Source of the DNA: Carpediemonas membranifera BICM
Taxonomy: Eukaryota; Protista; Fornicata
NCBI GenBank assembly: GCA_019828565.1
Contig: JAHDYR010000022.1
Location: 154,885 to 218,884, forward strand
DNA length: 64,000 nt
Direction: 5' to 3'
The notes beneath the pieces were generated by a model, which made no database searches, was not told where the DNA came from, and saw only the letters and a program-made list of their open reading frames with translations. Both the position numbers and the translations under genes were made by a program. How positions within the stretch are numbered: position 1 is the first letter of the stretch; the number at the start of each line of letters is the position of its first letter. Below, one piece after another: positions 11,587-21,799 of this stretch.

Positions 11587-12663
11587 TCACCCCTGGCTCA
11601 TCTTACCACCGTACAGCACGCGGACCCGCTCTACTCTGGGGACGTAGTACTCTGACCTCGCACTGGAGTCCTCCACAGCCTCGAGCGTGCTGCCGTCCTC
11701 GACGGTGACCAGGCTACTGAGACTGCGAACAATCATCGGTCTCGCAGCCCCAGTCGGGGTCGACGGTTGTATTAGGGGCATCATTGATATCCGCTTCTTT
11801 CCCGGTGTTATTGTTGACATGATCTCAGCATGAACCGGCTCCTCCACCATCACAGGGGTTGGGGGCGACTCTGGTCTACCCGTAGCAGGGCGGGGCGACT
11901 GGGTTGACTCCTCACTTGAGTCGTCAGTGGAGTCGGAGTCACTAATGACTCTGGCCCCCCTTGGTCGGCCCCGGCCCCGACGAGTTGGTGCTGATGAACT
12001 CGCGAGCTTTCTCCGCTCAGCAGTCGTCATAAATGTCGAGTCACTGTCAGAGTCGGTCTCAGGGTCCATATCTTCGTTCCGGAATGAGATGTGCTTGGCT
12101 GCTCTCCTTTGTGACGTGGCCTTGGGCTTCGGTGTTGGCTTGAGTCGCTTGGGCGCCTTCCTTGTGCCAGCAACCTTCACCCTCACTGTCTGTTTCCCAC
12201 TGGCCTCAGCCTCGCTCTCGCTGATTGACGCCGAGGGCCGGTACTCCTGGGTCTCGCCCTGGGTCGACTCCTCAGTCATGTGGATGACACGACTCAGCTC
12301 GGAGAGGAGGGCACGGCAGTCGGTGCTGGGCATAGTCGGACGCTTGGTCTGTAGGGTGCTCAGTGCGTCGTCCCGGATCTGAGTAAGGGATTGCTCAAGC
12401 CGCTTGCCTGTAAGAGACATGCCTTGGCTCGTAATGAGACGGGAAATGGTCGTAAGACCGAAAAATGTGTTGTTAGGGAGCACTGTTTGCTGTGCAGCGT
12501 TTTTGCCCATCCGTTCCAAGATGGAAGCGGTGTACCACTGCGCCATGAGACGCAAGAACACCAAACGCCGCAGATATGAATCGCAATCATCGCCATTCTT
12601 TGCTGTGAAGAGGAATGAGAAGGCCTCGTCGATCCGTGCGGCCTCAGCAAGAATCCTCTCCAT
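11587..12663 (-). CDS. Hypothetical low-complexity protein with an AT-hook
   Basis: 358-aa ORF containing RRGRGRPRG and S/D-rich tracts. Confidence 0.72.
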   Translation of the reverse strand: MERILAEAARIDEAFSFLFTAKNGDDCDSYLRRLVFLRLMAQWYTASILERMGKNAAQQTVLPNNTFFGLTTISRLITSQGMSLTGKRLEQSLTQIRDDALSTLQTKRPTMPSTDCRALLSELSRVIHMTEESTQGETQEYRPSASISESEAEASGKQTVRVKVAGTRKAPKRLKPTPKPKATSQRRAAKHISFRNEDMDPETDSDSDSTFMTTAERRKLASSSAPTRRGRGRPRGARVISDSDSTDDSSEESTQSPRPATGRPESPPTPVMVEEPVHAEIMSTITPGKKRISMMPLIQPSTPTGAARPMIVRSLSSLVTVEDGSTLEAVEDSSARSEYYVPRVERVRVLYGGKMSQG

Positions 12664-12678
12664 ATTGACTACGACTTT

Positions 12679-13065
12679 TTATTGCGCGCGCACTGTTGCG
12701 CAGTATAACACATTTTTCGAACCTCCAAGACAGGGCCTGAAAGGAACGATCAAAGTGCCAAACTGTACAACATCATCCGTCCGTAGACGAATGTTGGCGG
12801 TTAGCCAATTGATGATCCCTACCGACTTAAGACGTGAGCAGGATGGAGACAGGGCAGTGTTGCGCAGTATAAACACATTGTTCGACCCTTCAATAGCACA
12901 GTTCGTCGCGCGCACGACTGTACAAAACTGCGCCTTCTGGAAGGTGACGCCCGTGTCCGAGGGGTAATGCTCAGTGGGCACTACTGCTGCGGGTACATTG
13001 GTCGACTTCGTTGGCGGGCAAGGACGACAACGAAGTCGAAGTGAGATCCTGCTGCGGTGTATCAT
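12679..13065 (-). CDS. Small hypothetical protein
   Basis: 128-aa ATG-initiated ORF filling the gap in a tightly packed gene array; no motif recognised. Confidence 0.35.
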   Translation of the reverse strand: MIHRSRISLRLRCRPCPPTKSTNVPAAVVPTEHYPSDTGVTFQKAQFCTVVRATNCAIEGSNNVFILRNTALSPSCSRLKSVGIINWLTANIRLRTDDVVQFGTLIVPFRPCLGGSKNVLYCATVRAQ

Positions 13066-13183
13066 GTTGTTATAGCCAGGCTGGTGTGGGGGTATGGACC
13101 GAGTGGAATGGACTGTGCGCTCATTCTGGCGATCTCCGGAACGAGGTCAAGCAGGATTAGCCGAACCACGATCCTACGAACGG

Positions 13184-14613
13184 ATGAACGGTAACTATCC
13201 AAACGCTGGCTATCCTCCAGCTTATCCCAATATGCCAGCACCAGTCTCTTCAGACGATGCTTACTCCACTCGTTCGTTTCTTTGGCGTCGTTCCCGTCAT
13301 GAGACGCCGTATGGCCCTTTTACACAGCTGCGGTGATGATTCGTGCCTTCGTGAACATGGCCTACTCCTTCATCGTCCAGCCCTTCATGGGTTTCGGCGT
13401 CTGCACCTACATGATGGTCGGCTTCATCGTCCTCAGCATCGTTTCTCTAATTGCATGCATCATCGGCAGTATGAACGTCGTCTTCGGCCTTATCGCCATG
13501 GTCCTCTCCATCGTGACCATAGTACTCCTCGCCACAATCCTCTTTGCACTGACGAAATGGTACTACCACTACACGAAGTCCTGCGCAAACGCCGCTGACA
13601 TCAAGGAGTTCAGCATCGCCGAGTATATGCCCAAGGCGTACATGGCAGTGCAGTGCCACACCGACACCGTCCCCCCGCCCCCCGCCGCCCTACTCTCCGT
13701 CGAGGTCCAGCACCGCATCGTTTTCTTCCTCGTGCTCATCGCTGGGATGTTCGTCATGTTCATCATCACTTCTATACTCGGCTTCGTGTCATATGTCGCT
13801 GTACTCGCCGGTATCATCATCTTCCTGCCTTGTGCCTGCTTTGCCCTGCCAATGGCCGTGACTGCGCCCGCTATCGGTTGGTACGGCTTCGCCAGACTTT
13901 TCAACCCAGTCCACCGTGGCCCTACGTGGATGATCATGGTCGCATTCGGCTGGGGTGTCGTGGCAACCCTTGTCGCCATCATCAACACCATCATCGGCGA
14001 GTGGCTTGGTCAGTACGCTGGGCTTTCCGCCATCCTCTCTGCCCCACTCTTCGAGGAGTCGTTTAAGACCATAGGCGTGCTTGCCCTGTGGTACGCCATC
14101 CGTGACGAGTACGAGGGCGCCCTGTACGGCCTCGCAGTCGGCCTCGGGTTCGCCACTGCCGAGACCGTCAACTACTCCCTCTCGGGCCCAATCTCACTCT
14201 TCATGCGGCCCCTTATAGTGTTCCAGATCCACACTATGGGCCCCATGCTGCTTGGGTCGATCATTGGACTGGTCCGGGCAAATTGGGTCGGGCGGATAAT
14301 GATGAATGCTGAGGAGAGCACGAAGAAGATCGCCACCGTCGTTTTTGGTGCTGTCTGCTGCCCCATTGCCATCGTCTTCGGCATGTTCTGCCACTTTGTT
14401 TCCAACGGCTCGACCATGCTGCCCAGCCTTCTGTCCCTTAGCGTCTTCTTCTGGGACTTCGCCGTCTGGATCGTTCATGTGACCGTGATGCTCACCATGA
14501 TCGGGCTCAGCTGGTGGAGAATGAGCCACGAGGACGTCAGCAAGCCCAAGATCCAGGAGCAGGGGTCCTTTGTACTACCCCCCCAGATCGGGCAAGGGCA
14601 GCTGTTGGCTTGA
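13184..14613 (+). CDS. PrsW-family intramembrane glutamic protease, 2 exons (13184-13271, 13328-14613)
   Basis: Multi-TM protein with APLFEESFK, YGLAVGLGFATAET and HFVSN. Removing the 56-nt GTTCGT...TTTTACACAG intron joins MNGNYPNAGYPP... in frame. Confidence 0.85.
13272..13327 (+). other. Spliceosomal intron, 56 nt
   Basis: GT...AG with a pyrimidine tract; removal restores the reading frame from ATG 13184. Confidence 0.8.
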
Positions 14614-14915
14614 GATAAATGTTCATATTTGAAGTTTAATTATATTTGGCTGTATGGATGCGAGTGAGTGGCTGCATACATTGGTGGCGGCCTAGCCCAA
14701 CAGCCTCTGCTTGCCCAGTCTGGGCCCCGCAGGTTAACCGAGGTCGTTTTCTAGCGATCCCAATACACAGCCAGCAAGCATGACGTGGGCACAATGAACG
14801 TTCCAACCCTCTTTACTCACACAGGCAAGCCGCATTATATCCTCTGGCCCTGGCCTGATAAGAAGAATATGTGTTTGTGAGGCATCGCCAGACTTCTCGT
14901 TACCCAGGCAAGAAA

Positions 14916-15467
14916 ATGAAGCCAGAGACAGTTGCCCGCCTAGATCAGCTATGGGAAGATCCTACTAGGAAGCACAAGGACAGCGAAATGATCAAGCAGT
15001 GCCGCAGCTGCTCAGCATTTTTCTCCCCTGGGACCTCCTCGCAGCAGCTACTCACGCACATCCGCAAGTGCCAGGGTATTACCATAGTCAACGAGTTCGA
15101 CCCTAATCCCGCTTTTACCAACATGGGCACCGGCTTCAGCACAGTTTTCCCCGTTCAGCCAGGGGATCCCGCACAGTTCACCAGATACCCCTGCGACGAC
15201 CCGGAGCTCGCCATGATGCTCGAGCCCGTGGCTAATGACGACATTGATCTCATTAGGATGAGGTTGCGGGATCTTGCCGGACGGGAACATGCCATCACTC
15301 AAGTGCTCGCGTCAGCTACTAACGATGCCGCAATCCATAACTTTAACGCGGTCCTCAACAACTACTACCACATCATGGACGCCATCGCGGCCCTCACGGA
15401 GAGACTCGAGTCCGTCCTTGCCAGCTCAGGGTCAGGAGGTATCGTCCCAATGCAAGACCTGCCCTGA
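14916..15467 (+). CDS. Protein with a BED-type zinc-finger-like motif
   Basis: W...KQCRSC...TSSQQLLTHIRKC pattern followed by a helical C-terminus. Confidence 0.6.
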   Translation: MKPETVARLDQLWEDPTRKHKDSEMIKQCRSCSAFFSPGTSSQQLLTHIRKCQGITIVNEFDPNPAFTNMGTGFSTVFPVQPGDPAQFTRYPCDDPELAMMLEPVANDDIDLIRMRLRDLAGREHAITQVLASATNDAAIHNFNAVLNNYYHIMDAIAALTERLESVLASSGSGGIVPMQDLP

Positions 15468-15607
15468 GTGAGATAGTCATGGTTGCAGTCTATTTGTTCA
15501 GTAAAGTCGGGCGGGCCGACGGTGATAAGCTATCTTTTGAGTTTAGACCATTTTTGCAAAGATTTTTTCATGCACAGAAAAAAAGGTCAAGGAGCGAGTT
15601 GAACCAA

Positions 15608-16291
15608 ATGGGCCGCGTTATGTCTGCTACTGGTCAGAAGCACATGGATCTCACCCGTTATACGAGATTCCCCCGCTATGTTGTCAACCAGCGCAAGAAG
15701 AACGTTCTTGTCAAGCGCCTGAAGCAGCCCGCTGCCCTCAACATGTTCACCCACACTGTTGAGAAGAACATCGCCACCAACCTCGTCTCCTTCCTCTCCA
15801 AGTACAAGCCCGAGGATCGCACCCAGAAGAAGGCCCGCCTTCAGACTCTTGCCGAGGCCAAGGCTGAGGGCAAGGAGATCGCTCAGAAGAAGCCCTACTT
15901 CGCCAAGTTCGGTGTGAACCACGTGACATCCCTCATCGAGAAGAAGCAGACCAAGCTTGTAGTCATCGCCGCTGACGTCGACCCCATCGAGGTCGTCCTC
16001 CACCTTCCCGCGCTCTGCCGCAAGCAGGATATCCCCTACTGCATTGTCCCCAGCAAGGCCGTCCTCGGCCAGGTTGTCCACATGAAGACCTGCGCTTGCA
16101 TCGCCATCACTGACGTCCGTGAGGAGGAAAAGCGCGAGTTCGATTCCCTCGTCACTGCCATCACCGGCTTCATGGACTCCGTCGACGTCCACAGAGACGG
16201 TCACCCCGTCAACGGCTTCAAGTCCGTCAAGCGTGACGAGCTCAACGCCGCCCGCATCGCCCGCGAGCAGGCTAACCGCCGTGAGCTCTAA
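15608..16291 (+). CDS. RPL7A: 60S ribosomal protein L7a (eL8)
   Basis: DLTRYTRFPRYV, KFGVNHVTSLIE, IAADVDPIE, LPALCRKQDIPYCIV; strong codon bias. Confidence 0.97.
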   Translation: MGRVMSATGQKHMDLTRYTRFPRYVVNQRKKNVLVKRLKQPAALNMFTHTVEKNIATNLVSFLSKYKPEDRTQKKARLQTLAEAKAEGKEIAQKKPYFAKFGVNHVTSLIEKKQTKLVVIAADVDPIEVVLHLPALCRKQDIPYCIVPSKAVLGQVVHMKTCACIAITDVREEEKREFDSLVTAITGFMDSVDVHRDGHPVNGFKSVKRDELNAARIAREQANRREL

Positions 16292-16646
16292 GCTTCGTAC
16301 GTTAAACCCAACAACGGGAACTAGACAGGGCGCAAGCCTAATGACTTCCCATCTTTGTTTTCTTCGTCCCTCTGCTTGTTGAGAGATTCTGGTTCTGTTA
16401 CATTACTAAAAACATCAAGTGGTCGCCAAAGGACAGATCAAACGTGAAGTGCCAGGCTAACATACCATTCAGTCAATCGGTCGTGGCACTAATGGGATCA
16501 GCTATCAGGCAGCACTTCATCCAGGAGAGACTTGCTGTCACGTCAGATAAACAACCGCAAATGTTTCGTGTCGTGAAGAGTGATTTAGTGCAGGACAAGA
16601 ATGATCCGAGCCACCCTGCCATCAGCCTGGGTCGAGAGTGGCGGTG

Positions 16647-17774
16647 CTACGGCAGACCCGGCCCAGGCAGAGTAGCGCCTCCCGCCACGACAGGTCCCAG
16701 CGCTCTTGGCTCTGGAACGACGCTGAGGCCATTGATAGCGTCTATAGGCCGTCTAGACTCGGCTGATTCCGATCTCTCATCGAGATCGACAGAATGACCG
16801 TCCCGCTCGAAAGAAACGGCATCATCGTCCGGGAACTGCGCCACATACACCTCAGCGATCGTGTGGAGCAGACAGCAGCACGCCATGCCGAGCTGGACCG
16901 CCCCCTTCTTCGTCGGCCGGGCCATGTGAAGCGGGTAAACCTGTGCGGACTTTCCCTGACGCTCAATGGCGATGGTGCTCTGAGGGCCCTGGGGAGAGAC
17001 GGTGAACTGCCCGAATATGTCCAGCTTCTTCTGCAGCACGGATATCAGGAAGGCTACGACTCCGAGGGCGGCGCTAGTCTCGGCCCAATCATTTGATGAC
17101 AGTGTTATGCCGCAAATGGTGGCGTGTGTGCTGCAGTCAACGATCGGGAATAGCGCCAGGGTCGCGTCTTCTCTTAGCGAGGCCAGCATAGTGCTCAGGT
17201 TGGTCGACACGGCTGCATGGAGACGCGCAGCCTCACAGGCGGCGTCGGCCTCCCTCTGAGCCTCGTTCATCGCCCTCCACCGTTCCTCAGTGTCTGCTGT
17301 GGTCTTTTCAGCCTCAGCCCTGACCTCCGCCAGTGTCCGACGCAGCTTGTGGAGCTCGGCCTGGACTGACTGGAACTCGGCCATTGCCTGGGACTCCTCC
17401 AGCTCCAGGGCAGTAAGATCAGGCGGGGGCGGGGGTGTGACGGTTGACAGCTGGTCTATGGCCTCGTTGTAGCGTCCTGTCTCTCGTGTGGTGCGCTGTA
17501 TATCCAGAATGATGCTGCCTGCAAGGCTTTCGAAGCATCTTTCGCACAACGGCATCGCCTCGGTGCTGCTCTCGGTCATAGGCTCGTTAGTACACATTGT
17601 AGAATAAAAGTTCATCGTTTCGCTGTCATCGATCGCATCAAGAGCAAAGGGAGGAGACTCATCCCCGCTAAGGTCCACGTCTTCCTCCATAGAGGCTGCA
17701 GAACCCAAGTTGATCGATAGTTCTAGGTCACTCTCGGACAATGGATTTCCACAGCTGATACAAGTGAACTCCAT
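16647..17774 (-). CDS. Beclin-1/Atg6/Vps30-like protein
   Basis: N-terminal CxxC, PLCERC, coiled coil, ATICGITL and WAETSAALG. A probable frameshift near 16705 would give a WDLSWREALLCL C-terminus ending at 16622. Confidence 0.8.
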   Translation of the reverse strand: MEFTCISCGNPLSESDLELSINLGSAASMEEDVDLSGDESPPFALDAIDDSETMNFYSTMCTNEPMTESSTEAMPLCERCFESLAGSIILDIQRTTRETGRYNEAIDQLSTVTPPPPPDLTALELEESQAMAEFQSVQAELHKLRRTLAEVRAEAEKTTADTEERWRAMNEAQREADAACEAARLHAAVSTNLSTMLASLREDATLALFPIVDCSTHATICGITLSSNDWAETSAALGVVAFLISVLQKKLDIFGQFTVSPQGPQSTIAIERQGKSAQVYPLHMARPTKKGAVQLGMACCCLLHTIAEVYVAQFPDDDAVSFERDGHSVDLDERSESAESRRPIDAINGLSVVPEPRALGPVVAGGATLPGPGLP

Positions 17775-17880
17775 GCTCAAGCATATGGTTCGATAGTATT
17801 GTCGGATTTGCGCACGATCTCCCAAACCTGCCCGTAAACCACGCTTGCCTCGAGCTAGTCCATTTACTACCAACCACCGT

Positions 17881-19020
17881 TCATCCCAAGTCCAGTCGAT
17901 CCATGACGAACCTCACTAGTCTGCTCGTGGCGTCATCATCTGTACAGAACTGATGGGGGATGTCCCTCCCCAGGGCCTGTTCTGCCCCGAAAGTCATGGC
18001 CTGGTCTCCGGCAGTCTGGGCGATGACCTGGTCGACCCCCGCCCTGTGGGTCTGGGTGGCCCATTTATCGTGGGCGCTGTAAAGAAACGTGTGCCGACAG
18101 ACAGCCAGGGCCGCCTCGAGTTGGGCTGATGGAAGCTGATTGATCTCGTCAATTTCGTTATGGATCAAGTGCAGGATGTTTGAAATGGATCGGGGTTGCA
18201 TGAGCATGCGGGCAGTCACACCGATGCTGTGGCGGTTGTACTTAGACGCCGCAGCACTCTCGTGGGTGCTGTTGAGAGCCTTGACGGCCAGCTGGAGCCT
18301 GGTCTCTGAAGGGAGCACTTTAAGGGTCGACCGGGCGGCCAGACTCATGAGAGTCCGCAGCAGTGCGTTCTCAGCCCACAGCAGAGGGCCACTGCACCCT
18401 GCCCTGACCTCCATGATGGCTGGGTGGAGCAGGACGTTGTGACTGAGTTTGAATGTGACTCCGAGGTCGGCCGAGAGAGTTTCGAGCAGGGCGGTGAGTC
18501 GGGTGACGACAGATAGGTTGACGTAGCAGCCCATGGAGTGTGACAGCAGGGATACGGCGACGGTGGGGGCCGTAGTCCACCTTGGGACGCACTCGCGAAG
18601 GATGGCTTCGATGATGCTCAGCTTGTTTGATATAATGTCGCCAAGGTCAATATGATAGTTCCGGGTGCTCTCAGTGATGATTCCAAGGTTGTGGCCGAGG
18701 TGGGAGGAGCCAAACACCCGGACACCCTTGGTGGAGAGGCGACGCTGGAGGTCCTCGAGGAAAAGCTCATAGAAGTTGACGATGCCGGGATTGCCCGGGG
18801 AGAAGAACAGGACATCTGTTACAGGTGCTGCATCGTCTGCAAGGGACGAGAAATCAAGGACATCGACCTCATCTATCATGCGGAAGAAATCGTTCGGTTC
18901 CCACAGAGGGATGGTGTTCTGGGAGGCAGCAACAGGCTTCTTCTGCTTAAATGCAGACTTACTGCCGGGTGCTGCATCAATACCTGCCGTGCTAGCTTCC
19001 CTGGTGCTGTTTGCTGGCAT
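17881..19020 (-). CDS. Lipid-droplet-associated hydrolase (LDAH)-like alpha/beta hydrolase
   Basis: FSPGNPGIVNFY, SHLGH, SHSMG nucleophile elbow, DKW and PHQF. Confidence 0.85.
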   Translation of the reverse strand: MPANSTREASTAGIDAAPGSKSAFKQKKPVAASQNTIPLWEPNDFFRMIDEVDVLDFSSLADDAAPVTDVLFFSPGNPGIVNFYELFLEDLQRRLSTKGVRVFGSSHLGHNLGIITESTRNYHIDLGDIISNKLSIIEAILRECVPRWTTAPTVAVSLLSHSMGCYVNLSVVTRLTALLETLSADLGVTFKLSHNVLLHPAIMEVRAGCSGPLLWAENALLRTLMSLAARSTLKVLPSETRLQLAVKALNSTHESAAASKYNRHSIGVTARMLMQPRSISNILHLIHNEIDEINQLPSAQLEAALAVCRHTFLYSAHDKWATQTHRAGVDQVIAQTAGDQAMTFGAEQALGRDIPHQFCTDDDATSRLVRFVMDRLDLG

Positions 19021-19335
19021 GGCGGAGGGCGACAACCAGCCCTGACCCACAGACTGTCCCAGATTTAGCAGTCAGTCGATGGTCATAGAACGGTCATCAC
19101 CAAGGTCAATAACGCCGGTAGTGGCCCAATTCGCCTGATTGGCTTTAGAGTCACGCCAGCCTACCTCCTCGAGTGCGAGGTCGACTGTGTCGCTGGCGTC
19201 CCGAGCTTGTTGCTCTATGACGTCTGGTTACCCTTGCCTAGTCACGTTATGTCACCTCACGTAACATATAATTCGCCGGTCTTGATCAGGGTCCCTGTTG
19301 CTGAATCCCACTCACCAAGCAACAAGCGATCATTC

Positions 19336-20061
19336 ATGGACAAAGTTAAGATCACTGCTGACATGATGAATCAGTTCAGTTGCAGCGGCGACTGCGCCAG
19401 CTGCTCTTCTAACGCGTGTGGAAGCAAGCCAAAGCCTGCTTTTGCCACCGCTGGCTGCAGCTGTGGCGGGGATTGCTCCTCATGCTCTGGCAACTGCGGT
19501 GGAGCCGATGGCGCCACTTCTTGCTCTGGCAGCTGCTCCACGTGCACATCCAAGTGCGACGCCAAGGCTCCTGCCGACTCAAACGTCTGCCCCACTTGTG
19601 GCCAGCTCCTCAGGCCCATCGAGAAGCGCCACCTTCCCACCAATCTCGAGACCGGCGACGACATAGCCGTCAGGGACTCGAAGCACCTTGTATGTTGGCC
19701 TGCCGACCTCATGCACGCTGATGCCGACAGTGCTGCGTTTGCTGGAGCAACCCTTTACATCGTCTCTGTGTCTGCCCTCGCCGCCATGGGGTCTGTCGCC
19801 GCCATCGCCAAGGGCAGCCCCATGCTCCTGGCTGCAGTCTACCCCGGCACCGAGGAGGCTCTGAGGGAGCAGCTGGCCGAGGTGTTCGAGAAGAACGAGA
19901 TTGCAAAGGCCGTTGTTGTCCGCACCAACCTCAAGTTCGACACCGGCATCGTCAGCGTCTTCAACTTCGCTGTCGATGAGGTCGGGCTGGCTGGTCTGGC
20001 CGACCTCGAGGAGATCGTGGTGACTCCCGCGGGCGAGGTCGAGAGCGTCCAAGAGCTCTGA
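19336..20061 (+). CDS. Cys-rich (CSGDCxSC repeats) metal/Fe-S-binding-like protein
   Basis: Three CxGxCxxC-type motifs plus CPTC, and a C-terminal domain beginning LVCWPADL; strong codon bias. Confidence 0.75.
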   Translation: MDKVKITADMMNQFSCSGDCASCSSNACGSKPKPAFATAGCSCGGDCSSCSGNCGGADGATSCSGSCSTCTSKCDAKAPADSNVCPTCGQLLRPIEKRHLPTNLETGDDIAVRDSKHLVCWPADLMHADADSAAFAGATLYIVSVSALAAMGSVAAIAKGSPMLLAAVYPGTEEALREQLAEVFEKNEIAKAVVVRTNLKFDTGIVSVFNFAVDEVGLAGLADLEEIVVTPAGEVESVQEL

Positions 20062-20214
20062 GCGCTGGCCCGGAGGATGTTAAGGGGCGTCTAGTGAGGC
20101 GGCCAGGGCTCTCAGACGGCACAAGCATGCTGTTTGACGTGTGAGTCTGAAGATTTGATTGTGTTTAAAGTGCGTCGATCGTCCATCATACATACATGCT
20201 TTACAACCATGGTG

Positions 20215-21465
20215 CTACGACCTCTTTTGGTCTCCAACGGTGATGCTAGGCATCCCGACATCCCGCATGACCTTGGCTAACTTGCAGCACTGGGCGAAGT
20301 TCAAACACAGTATAGGCTTAGCGTGTGCCCCGGGCGTGGTCCTGACTTCAATGCCGATCTTCGCAATCCTCGCGGCTGCAGGAGCTCTGAAGGTGAACAC
20401 ACCATAGAGCCTCCTCAGGCACTGGGAGAGCGTGCTCATCATGCGGTGAAGCATGTCTGCCGTGTCGAGCTCGAGCAGTTCGTCCGGGAAGGAGAGGACG
20501 GCTGAGCTGTTGACCACGAGGTTGTCGATGAGAGACGCGTTGGCCGCCACAGCAAGAGCGAGTGCCTCTAACAGATGCAGCCTGACTGTCGGCAGTGCCC
20601 TAATTGCCAGGACAAGGAACACCCTGACCGCAGCCTCGAGCTTGGGTACCTCTGCCAGCTGAGTCATTACTCGGTTGAGACAGGCTCGCTCGCCAGTCGC
20701 CCGAACCCAGTAAATCTTGAGCAGTTCGGCCCCGGTGCGCTTGTTGGTCACCACGGCGCCAAGGAACTGGTCTGAAATCGCGAATGTTGTGGGGACACCA
20801 AGAGCATCCTCGACAAACTCGGAAATGTCGTCGGCGAGGTCTTTCTGCTCCTCAAGGGTGATATCCGCGCAGTCGTCGGCCAGCTTCTTGTACACGATGC
20901 ACTCGTCCGGCTCGCCTTTCAGCACTAGTCCCATAGCACTGGAGTCGACCATGACGAGGGTAAACCGGTCATCCACAGCACTGGGGTAGTCCGGCTGGCC
21001 CTCTTTCGGGTTGAAGGCAAGGGGAATAAGCTTCTGCACAGCCCTGCAACCCTCGCCGACTGAGCTGGCAGAGGGGGCGAATTCGGTCAGCAGCTGACGC
21101 CCTTCAGAGGAGATTGGGGTCGGCTTCGCTGCAGGCACTTTGTTTGAACGGGCATGGGGTTCCTTGTGTGTGTTTTTGTTGTTTGGTGTGGGATGGTGGC
21201 GGACAGTGATGGTATTGAAGGTGTTGCCCGCTGGAGTAGTTTCGACACGCTGCGTCTCGTCAAAAACCACTTTGTTTTGGCCGTTCTCGGGGTAAAGAAA
21301 GGCATAGAGGTACTTTCCAGGCTTCAAGTGAACCTTCGCGCTGTATTTCCCCGCCGGCTTGATGTAGCGCATGGAAATGGCCTTGGCTTCATCCCAGTTG
21401 CACCATGTGCCGTAAACAAACATGTTCGAGACCCGTTTGTGTTCAAAAGTGATAGTTATGTCCAT
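20215..21465 (-). CDS. Protein with an N-terminal AMPK-beta/CBM48-like glycogen-binding domain
   Basis: VYGTWCNW...LKPGKYLYAF...GNTFNTI; C-terminal part unassigned. Confidence 0.75.
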   Translation of the reverse strand: MDITITFEHKRVSNMFVYGTWCNWDEAKAISMRYIKPAGKYSAKVHLKPGKYLYAFLYPENGQNKVVFDETQRVETTPAGNTFNTITVRHHPTPNNKNTHKEPHARSNKVPAAKPTPISSEGRQLLTEFAPSASSVGEGCRAVQKLIPLAFNPKEGQPDYPSAVDDRFTLVMVDSSAMGLVLKGEPDECIVYKKLADDCADITLEEQKDLADDISEFVEDALGVPTTFAISDQFLGAVVTNKRTGAELLKIYWVRATGERACLNRVMTQLAEVPKLEAAVRVFLVLAIRALPTVRLHLLEALALAVAANASLIDNLVVNSSAVLSFPDELLELDTADMLHRMMSTLSQCLRRLYGVFTFRAPAAARIAKIGIEVRTTPGAHAKPILCLNFAQCCKLAKVMRDVGMPSITVGDQKRS

Positions 21466-21799
21466 GCTTCCGTGTTTAGCCCCACAGCTGTGCCACTGAG
21501 GAGACTGGTCGCGTGTTGTCGACTTTGACCGACTTTGTCTCGCGTCTCCGACAAATGGAAGCGACTGCGAGAGTATGGAAACAGCGTTGGAGAGTAACTT
21601 TGACGGGTTGTGATAGCGTGTCTGTTATCCCAGCTTGAGGAATGAGGCCGTTCGATTGGGTCGGCGATGAAGCACGTCATCAGAGAAACAGCACCGCTTC
21701 GTCATTGGCCATGTGCTGGTTGCCCCCCCGACTATGTGTCTCCAGCCCGCCGTCCAGCATTTGGTGAAAACTGCGAACTGTTGACAAACGGCCTGGAAA

